Source of the DNA: Klebsormidium nitens
Lineage: Eukaryota > Plantae > Klebsormidiophyceae
Assembly: GCA_000708835.1 (NCBI GenBank)
Contig: DF237399.1
Span: 1 to 64,000, forward strand
Length of the DNA stretch: 64,000 bases
Reading direction: 5' to 3'
Position 1 is the first letter of the stretch, and every line of letters begins with the position of its first letter. Shown here in pieces: positions 10,901 to 19,900 of the stretch. The translations under genes and the position numbers were made by a program. The notes beneath the pieces were generated by a model. That model had not been told where the DNA came from. It ran no database searches and was given only the letters and a program-made list of their open reading frames with translations.

Positions 10901-12926
10901 CACCGGACTGTGTAGAAAATTGCGAAATGAACCTTTTGCGTGTGCTTGCAGGTGGGCATGGACCACATCTCGATGCAAACCCCGCCGCGCGCGCTGAGCG
11001 ACGGCTACAAGCGACGGCTGGCGCTTGCGGTGCAACTGGTAAGAGCGCCTTGCCAGAATCTCGACTAGATTCTGGCAAAAGCGAAGCTTCGAACCGTCGC
11101 AAAAGCGAAACTTCAAAACTAGGTCAGACGTGGTCGTTTCAGTTACCGTAAGGCTAGCCGGGTTGCTCGGGTTCGATCACGGCGTGCAGGCTTCACAGGA
11201 AGTATTTGTTCAAAACCAAAAAGCTTTCCGACTTTGACTGGAAACCCGCAACCTCAGCAGTGACATTCACGTCCGATGCGATCCTGAATCCACCCTAGTC
11301 TTCTGAAGAAGAGCCATAGAAGTAGACTTAAATAGTAACAAGGTCGAATAGGAATAAGGAACTTGACGAGGACGGGTGGGGTTAGTATGGTGTTGAGGGT
11401 GGGTTTGGATGCCGAGCGCTAATTAGTGCATATGGTTCTTAGGTAAGTTAATCAGGCTATTTCTCTTCGTTATCACAATTAGATTCTTGGAATCATCAAA
11501 GTCTGTGGTGTTGAAGAGCCGCTCGTTTGTTTGCAGATTCGGCAGCCGGACATCCTTCTACTCGACGAACCACTGGCGGGCCTTGGTAAGCCAAACAGGG
11601 CGACGTCGTAACCCTTTCGGCACACATTTGGTCGCTTGCCACCTTGTTTCGAAAAGTCGTCTTTTTGCTCGCAAATGGTCCTCTGTTCTATCAGCAAGCT
11701 GGTCTCCTTCAAGGGTATGTGATGTCTGAAATAGCCTTCCTTACGTTGTTCGAAAGGGGTGAGCTGTATCTGGCACCTTCGCCGTCGCATCAACGCAATT
11801 ACGACAGTCTGATGCAAGGAGATCGGTGGCTTTACACGTTGCGCGTGCTCTTCTCTCCTGTCGTCATCTATTGAGAGCGGAATCAAAAGTGCCTCGTATT
11901 GTTCGCTTTCTCATTTATTGTTGCATGTCGCGTTCCGCTTCGCAAGGACCTTACTTCAGGGAGATACTTGAACCGGAAAGTACATAGGAAGTTCGGAGTG
12001 CAGACTTAGAGATACGCCAGCACGAGTAGTTCAAGGTATACAGCGCCGTCTTTCAAAGTCTCCTTTCTCGAGAAGTTCTTAGAAGTGAGCACTGACTCGA
12101 CAGCACAGCCGTTCAACAAAGTCTTGACGATTGTCGATTTGGATTGGCAGGCACGACTGCCTCCTAGGGGACTCGACTCGCTTACGAACAGAGGCCGAAG
12201 AAGTGAAGATTGACGTCACCTTTTCTTGACCATGACGTCACCTTTTCGATGCAGATTGGCAGGCACGAATGGACGTCGTCCAACTGCTGGACCGCCTCAA
12301 GCGGACCACCACGCTCGTCGTCGTGAGCCACGACCTGAGGTGCGCGAGCGCTCGCCGCTTTTCTGCTGACGTAGTTGCTGACGTGGCGCCCTTCGTTTCC
12401 GAGGCCCGACGGGCAGACGGCTTTGTTGCGTCCGCCTCTGTTTACAAGTGACCCATTGTCGACGTGTAGGAAAGCGTTCAATGGGACGCAGACGTTGATC
12501 TCTGGACCATTGACGTGGGGACGCGGTCAAATCCAATCCTTAACGCTCTTGGAACGGACTGGCATTGAGGATTGCGGAAGATCAGCGCTACTTCCGATTT
12601 CCGGCTTTGAAACTCGGGCTGTTGCACATTTCGTTTGTGCGGACATGCTCAGATTTCTCAGGAAATATAGCAGGCTTCTAAGTGGACAATCTGATCAGAA
12701 CTAGGTGTCAGAGTTTTGGTTTGTCAATGTACTGCTGTGGTTAGCACTACCTACGAAGAACCTGGGGCGGCATGACCATGTATGTTCTCTTGTCTGCAGG
12801 GAACTTGCTCCGCTTGTCGACAACGCATGGCGGATGCACACCGGGGGGAGATTAGAGCAGGCCAAATGGCCGTTGGAGCCGGGGTCTCAACGGCTTGAAC
12901 TCGGGCAAGGCGTAGCTCGAAGCTGA
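8000..12926 (+). CDS. ABCI11: ABC transporter I family member 11 (NAP14), chloroplastic ECF-type ATPase subunit, ~399 aa; join(8000..8614,9188..9424,10952..11038,11537..11585,12255..12339,12800..12926)
   Basis: Walker A GRSGSGKTT, Q-loop VFQFPERYF, signature LSDGYKRRLAL, Walker B/D-loop LLLDEPLAGLD and H-switch VSHD match Arabidopsis ABCI11 as remembered. The frame is continuous over five GT-AG introns. The start codon is uncertain (long N-terminal extension from ATG 8000). Confidence 0.88.
9548..9640 (+). repeat. Intronic copy of the 3' end of ABCI11 exon 2, including an intact GTGAG donor
   Basis: 29 codons align to 9338..9424. An in-frame TGA just upstream prevents read-through into the copy. 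Confidence 0.9.
10549..10990 (+). repeat. Three decayed tandem copies of the acceptor plus 5' end of ABCI11 exon 3 (period 133-134 nt)
   Basis: Exon-start-like units at 10552 (cag|atgggcgtgaagcat), 10686 (cac|gtgggcataaac) and 10819 (cag|gtgggcgtaagc) versus the live exon at 10952 (cag|gtgggcatggac). Confidence 0.75.
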
Positions 12927-14038
12927 ACAGTTTCGCGCCGTTTGTTGAGTCGCGCTGGAGGTCGCCTTTGCGCATCTATGTATACTTGTTGCCCGATTCG
13001 AAGGGGAAGAAACTTGTACACGTGACGGCGTAAAAGAAACTAGCTCCAAGCGGAAGTTTGCCGTTGACACTGGGAATGAATTCACGTAACGGCGTCGCAA
13101 CTTCCGACACGAAACTTCATCAAGCTCGATTCCCTTGGCAACCACTGATGGTGCTTAGAGGCAAGCAACCGCGTTTGATTGGTAGGTCTCGTGTCAGATC
13201 GCCGTGCGCCGCAGTTTACTCTGTGATGCAATCGGTTGACTCCATTATGTGGTCACAACTAGGGATTCCTATGGCCTACTCTTTTTGAATTTGATACCAG
13301 CCTCCGGGGTAGTTATTGATTGGCCGGTTTAAGCTTTAGGAGTTTGCATTATGCATGCGCATGGTCCAATTAAGTTTATGCTGTAACTGCATACTGACAC
13401 CCTCAGCGCACATGCACATGAACATATCAACAGTACCTATAATCAACGCCCTCATTGCAGATCCTTGAACGCCATGTTCTTTGCCGGCCGGACGGTGCGA
13501 CTAGGCTCCGGAGTCCGTTGGCCAGCGTAGGATGATGCTGGCAGAAACGACATTGGTTGCTAGTCTTTCCGCAGTGCATGCAATGGCGTCCGTTGCATTC
13601 CGATCAGCACTGCCCAACGCGCACGCGGTGCAGCATGCAGAAATTAGTGGCGTCTCGTATTTGGTGTGCGCGCGCGCTCGCGCATCAAGTCCAACCCTGC
13701 GCGCGGCCGTCGCCGCCAAGCTCGATCATTGTCCACCTGGCGCCTATTGGACCTGAACGGAAGGCTGAAGAAGCTCAGAGTTCGTTTGGAAGAGGTTCTG
13801 CAGTTACCGGTAGCGCGTTGGCGCAAGAGCCCTTTCAGCCATGGTGTAGCCGAAGCATGATGTGTAGGTGGTTGATCGCTGAGTAGCTGGCACGTGGTGT
13901 CCCTCGTTATTAGCACCCGTGCCCACTCGGGAGACTAAATTAGCTGGAGCTCTCAGGAATCAGTGATTCCAGAAAGTTTCACGAATGCGGGCGCCATTTT
14001 AGACCCTGGGTTCCCTTTTGCATTGAACGTGGGCAGCG

Positions 14039-15964
14039 ATGTCCAAGAGCTGCGAAGGACTGCTCAAAGAGTTTGCACGGTGCCTGCTAGAAAGCGATTG
14101 CGTCAAGGTGAGAATACAAGGCCTTCTCGATTGGCGTTTCAAGCACGTCTACCAATTGACCACTTGTTCCTTCAGACCACCAAAAACCGGGGTCACCAGA
14201 AACCGGGGTCTTCTGGATATAATGCTGTGAAGTTGTCTTCCGCTAAAAAGAAGAATTTGTGCATTTGAGAAAGAGACTCCGGTAGAGATCGCCACAAGTG
14301 ACTTGTAGACTGAGTAAGTGGCAACAAGGACCTTTCCTGTCTTTGGTTCCCGAATGTTTGAGGCAAAGCAGTCGTGAGCGGCGCTACACATAGTGCGTGC
14401 TAAGCCATCGTCTTGTGCCTGCACATCCTACTTGGGTGAAAACTCAGTTGTTTCACCAACTCGCTTGCTTGCTTGTCAGGACGGCCGGCCTTACAAGGAG
14501 TGTGCGAAGCTGGGCGAAGGGGAGGGGGTATCACCGGAGTGCGTGGGGATCAGAATGACGTACTTCCGGTGTAAACGGGGCCAGGTAAGGTGTTAGGAAT
14601 GTCAGGAATCACGTTTTTTTGGTGTCCTGTCAGTGCTAATTGGAAAAGGGGAGGGCGTTTCACCGGAGTGCGTGGGGATCAGAATGACGTACTTCCGGTG
14701 TAAACGTGGCCAGGTAAGGTGTCACTGATCATGTCTTTCTGGTGTCCTGTCACCGTGAATGGGGTCAGATAAGTTGACAGCTTTTAAACCGCTCCGACGA
14801 ACTTTCAGCACAAGGGGTCAAGCATATCCTTCTGAAGTTTTTATGTTGTCAATGGGGGCCAGGCAAGCTGACAGCTTTTACATCGTTCTGACATATCTTT
14901 GGTGCGATTGGAGCCAAGTAAGCCGACAGTTTCTATTTGTCTGACATTCTTTTGGTGCGAATGGGCCAGGTAAGCTGACAAATTCTTGATCTATCTACGT
15001 TTTGCCGGTGTAATTGGGGCCAGGTAAGGTGAAGGCCTTTACTTCTCTCTGTGGTGCACCACACAAGTTGCATCGGTACCATAGTGAACCACCCAAGGCT
15101 GTATGTCGACGGGGCCTTTTCAAAGGCAGGCACTATGTTTGAATGCGAGTTCCCTCTTGCTGGAAAGTTTGAGTGCCCATAATGGCCCAGCCAAAAGTGG
15201 ACCCTTTCGACAACTCTTCAATGCCTGAAGAGGGGCCATGAGATCAAAAACATTTTCTGAAGTCACCCAGAATCAAAACGAATCCGTCAAGTTGCATATC
15301 CTTTTGAATGTTGAATGATTGATTCCTGTCGATGCTGGGGGGACTTGGCACCCTTGCTATACATAGATCTGACCAGTCGGGGGAAGATTGACTTCCAGGA
15401 TTGTCCTCGTTTTGCAATCTATGCAAGGAAGCGTGACATCGCATCGGGAGAGAAAACCTGGAACTTTGTATTCTTATAGGCACCTCTAAACACGCAGGCA
15501 CAGACCTCTAAATACGGAGACTGTGCCTCTTCTACATGTTTGATCAGACTCGTATATGCAAGATCGTTCATCAAGTCATTCGTCTTGATAGATGAGTCGT
15601 CTTTTGATCTAGCAATGTCTTGGTGCACAGTACAACAACCGGATCACAGAGGGGGTTTACGACGAGACTGTGTTGTTCTTTTGTATTAAGTGCTGCCTCT
15701 CTGCAAGCCAGTACTTACCTTCGTGATCCATGATAGAGCCGCTCATGAAGGGACCACTGAACTCACATGTTGTGGTCGCTATATTGGTAGTAGTGCGCAC
15801 TTTCGTTTTGAGAAACACTTTTTCTTTGGCCTTCTATGCCTGCTGAGTACCCTCTGACAAACTATTGACAGCAATTCTTGGAAATCGATCCTACTGAACC
15901 GTGTCCTTGACGCGCCTTGCAGTTGGACATGACTACTCGGATACGAGGGAACAAAGGTTACTGA
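14039..15964 (+). CDS. COA5: Cytochrome c oxidase assembly factor COA5/PET191 (twin-Cys mitochondrial IMS protein), 71 aa; join(14039..14107,14480..14584,15923..15964)
   Basis: MSKSCEGLLKEFARCLLESDCVK|DGRPYKECAKLGEGEGVSPECVGIRMTYFRCKRGQ|LDMTTRIRGNKGY* matches the plant PET191 pattern (MSKSC...CxxESDCVK...ECVG.R.TYF.CKRGQ.DM..RIRGNKGY). Both introns are phase 0 GT-AG. Confidence 0.93.
14585..15035 (+). repeat. Array of six copies of the COA5 exon 2 end and donor site inside intron 2
   Basis: A near-exact 66-nt exon copy at 14648..14713 has a GTAAGG donor at 14714. Shorter ggg(g)ccag|gtaag units put donor positions at 14769 (AT), 14863 (GC), 14918, 14970 and 15024. Confidence 0.85.
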
Positions 15965-16931
15965 CACAAGTTGCCTCACGTTGCCTCACGTGTCTTCCTT
16001 ACAACGTTGAAAATAGTGTAAGCACTGTCCTAGCTCTAGCAATGTACCATTACAAGTTAAATGACTCACAGAGTCTGATTGCGCTCCTGGCCGCCACCGT
16101 CATGTGAGGTCACTGATGGCGGTCATGGCTGGGCTATGCACGAAAGATCACGTCGATTCCATTCTTTGAGCAAGACATCAAGTAGCAATCGATACCTTCC
16201 GACTCATGGCCAATCTGAATCGATCAGGATCCAGCCTAGCTAGCTGGCAGGCTCACATGTCGGACTCACCCCGCTGCCGTCGCCCTCAAAGTGTCGATCG
16301 GCCGATCGGCCGATCGGCCATTGAACTGACCGCATGTCGTTCTCAGATCAAAACTGAATGATGGGATTGAAGCAATTACCATACGGCCCTTAACATGATA
16401 AAATTATCGGATGGTGATCGCTTGCTAGTACGCACCGCTACTAGAGGGTCACTGTTATTAGCGGCCGCCCCCCGGCCAAGTGATATACTAAACGAGTACG
16501 TAGGACGGTACCATGAATGCATGTGCCATCATAATTGGTGTGTCTGATTGAAAAGCGTCACAAGTATGTATAATCTGCAATCCATGCAGCCAATCATTTT
16601 GAACTTAGTACTAATAGGGCCGCCGGAAGTCGGTAAATAGGATCATAACTTTAGGTAGGATTCCACGCACATGCAACATATTGCAGTGATACATATTCAA
16701 TGATTCCCATTCTATGATTCCCATAGAGCTCACGTGCAACAACAAGGGGTGATGAACTTTCGGCTCACTCTCGTGATCCTTTGACTTCAAAACTGGTTAT
16801 CTGCATGAACTTGGATCTACTTGATCTAAATGAATTCACTTGGTTCCGCGGTTCCAACACAGATGTTTGGTCAGTGTACAAGATTGACAAGGCTGTACAA
16901 GTTCCTGGAGTTCCAAAAAACAGACACTTAC

Positions 16932-19900
16932 CTACTTAGATAACCAATACAGGAGCAAAAATACTGTACAGGCAGCTATTACGGACCCCAAAATGTAAGT
17001 GTCTCGCGATCGCTTTCGTCGAATAGCCGCTGCACGAAACGACACGTTTCACCGTAAGCATCGACAAAGCATTGCAAGGTCTTCACATCACCCTTATTTG
17101 TAAAACGAACCGCAAGGCCCCTGCATTTGTAAGCTCGAATTTCTCGTGCTGCCAAACTCTTCAGACATCAGCGCAGGTCAAGGTGAGACCCCATCTAACG
17201 TATCTCACTGAGAGAGCACCGTAGCTCAGCGCATTGTTCACCTTAAACACACTCTTTGAAACCGTTCCAAACAACCGTCAGCGCTCGATTGAGCACTGGT
17301 GTGGGAGATACTTGTAAATGTCCGCGTGCGCAAGACGGCCAAGACCCAATGTGCAATCCACCGCTTTTTCCTTGATCCCACAATGTGAGCACCGAAGTGC
17401 CCCACCGACAAGTACACGCGAATGCATTGAAGGAGCGGCCCCACGTAGCTGGTTAAGTGGACTCCAAACGGTTGAGCGGTTTCTAATCCCCAGCTACCGC
17501 CAACGGCTTTCCAACGTTGAATAGAGGTGCAGCACTTGCTGTCCCGACAGAGCAAGGCCATCGTTCGCAAGTGTGAAACCAAACCGGCAGTCACTCGAAA
17601 GAACAGAGGAACAGACGCTAGAAGTCCAACCCAGCGATTCGAGCGCTCCGAACAACTCACTGAGCGTGCTATGATGCCCGGGAAGCGTTTTCCCAGGTGC
17701 TTCATCTTGCCGCCAACCTCGTAGCCGCGGAAAGCGGCGCCGGAACAACGATCGCTGACAGAATTACGGTCACCCGAACGGACAGACAAACAGACGCGAC
17801 AAATCCAACCGAGGACCCAAAACAATCCAACCGAGCGCTCCAAACCACTCACGCTCAGTCCAACCGAGGACCCAAAACATTCTAACCGAGCGTTCCAAAC
17901 CACTCACGCTCAGTCCAACCGAGGACCCAAAACAATCTAACCGAGCGCTCCAAACCACTTACTGAGCGTGCTCCGGATGACCGGGAACCGGTCCCCCAGG
18001 TGCTTCAGCTTGGCGCCGATCTCGACGAACAGTCCCCGCTGCGCAGTGAGAGCGCTCCTGGTCGCCTGCGCCTGCGCCAGAACCTCGTCGGCAGACGCCG
18101 TCGCGCTGTGGATTTGGCCACGTTCCCGAAGCAGGCCGCCGACACCGGAAGTTGGGCCGCCCTGGGCCTGCTGGGGGCACGGAGATTGGTGTCAAGAAGC
18201 TTGCGTTTAGTATAAAAAGGCGAAAAGGGGGTATGCAGAAAGTTGTGAAAGCGCTCATGAAAGCTTTTGCATCTAGCTGCCCAGTGCTGTCCGGTTTCAC
18301 TTTCGACCCTGTACTTGCTGTGGTACTGGCAGCAATTCCGTAGCAGGCCGCCGACACTGAAAATCGGGCCGCCCTGCGCCCGCTGGGGGCACGGAGATTG
18401 GTGTCAGGGTTTTGGGCGAAACAGTTTCTGTGATAGTAACCCGCCGCGCTGTGGAGCTGGCTGCATTCCCACAGGAAGCGGCTGACACCGGAAATTGGGC
18501 CGCCCCGTGCCTGCTGGAGCGACAAAGACTGGTGTCAAACTTTTCCGGCATAAGGCTCTATATCATATATCGCTGTTGCGATGTGAGTTCGGCGGCGTTC
18601 ACGCAGCAGGCCGCGGACGCCAGACGTCGGGCCGCCCTGCGCCTGCTGGGGGCGTGGACATCCGTGTCAAACCTTGTGCACAATGCTTTGCAATATTGCG
18701 AAGATTGAGAACGAAGAGACGCAAGGATTGGCTTTTGGGGATTTCTGCATTTGGCGGCTGAGGGCCGTCCTTTCCGGGCGAGGATTCGCTGCAGATCTGG
18801 CCGCATCCCCGCAGCAAGCCGCCAACGCCGGAGGTGGGCCCTTGGAGCCTGCTGTGGGACACGGCGAGTGTTCTGGATCATCTCCATTACCGTAGGACCT
18901 TTTTCACGGGCGCAAATCTGGAAAGTCGGTATGGGCAAAAGGGAGGTTGCTGCTTAAACCCTGCATCTGGTCGGTCACTGCCCTCTTTTCCGAACCTCCA
19001 CTGAATGTGGTCTTGGTGTGTGCAGGAATCGGCCCGCAGTGGAGGGAAAAAGGGACGGGCAAAAGATGAGAAGGCGAGACGAAAGGAGCCCTTTTGCTGA
19101 GCAATCCGCTGACAGTCGACGTCAGACGTTTCACCAATCTTAGACGTCATGGCTACATGGCTGCTTTTCAAGCCTGTTCTGCATTACCACATGAGCATGA
19201 CACTTGAGAAAGAACATCGTCGAGTTATTGCCAGATCCAGGCTTCGTTTGGGGCCGCAAATACGGGGCCCGACAAGAATCGGGAATACGTTGGGCTGAGA
19301 CGAAAGCTATGAGGCTTGTACTTGAAAAGTCCAGAGCGGGATCAAGGTTGGCCTAAGAAAAACATAACAGCCAATCTACCCACGGCGGTCCGTCCTCGAT
19401 GAAGCGTAGGTCACAGGAGGCTACATATGGAAGCTAAACGGGTGAGACACCGAGGGGCTTTGAGTCCAGCGGCGAGGACAACAAATTGCGGGCCTCGTTG
19501 TGTTTATTTGTATTTCCTGAGAGGATGTACAAACGTTCTCAGAATGGTGACTGCCTCACCTTGTACTCGCTGATGTCATTTCGTACGGATGACAGCAGCT
19601 CGGCGTGCTCCCGCATCGAATTGATGTTGTTCTTTGTCCGCTTGAACTCCTGTGGAATAAGTAGCTTTTGTTCGAAAAATAGATTCTGGCCAAGCGCAGT
19701 TCCAGGACCAAAGTATGGAAGACAGGGTATCATATGGTTGATAATTCTACCCTAAGCGAATGGGCAGAGTTGTTGGAAGTGAAGACATTCTGGCTGGTAT
19801 ACCCTTCAGACAGAGCCGAGCGGCAATTACTTCAAGACCCAGGTTATCCTGCTAGCAAAGGACGCCACCGCTGTGCAGCCATAAAAATTTTCACCGAATC

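Noticed and set aside
11160-11200. GGTTCGATC resembling a tRNA T-loop
   Set aside because: There is no pairing T-stem, acceptor stem or D-arm.
13500-13920. Cluster of overlapping short ORFs in a GC-rich spacer
   Set aside because: No recognisable motif, splice chain or terminal repeats; probably promoter or decayed repeat.
14714-15035. CRISPR-like spacing (about 20-nt core every 52-55 nt)
   Set aside because: The intervening sequences resemble each other, the core is the COA5 donor site, the context is eukaryotic, and no cas genes are present.
17805-17962. 55-nt repeats as a CRISPR array or coding repeat (ORFs 17238..17903, 17697..17885)
   Set aside because: These are head-to-tail units with no unique spacers inside GOS12 intron 4, and the ORFs have no recognisable product.
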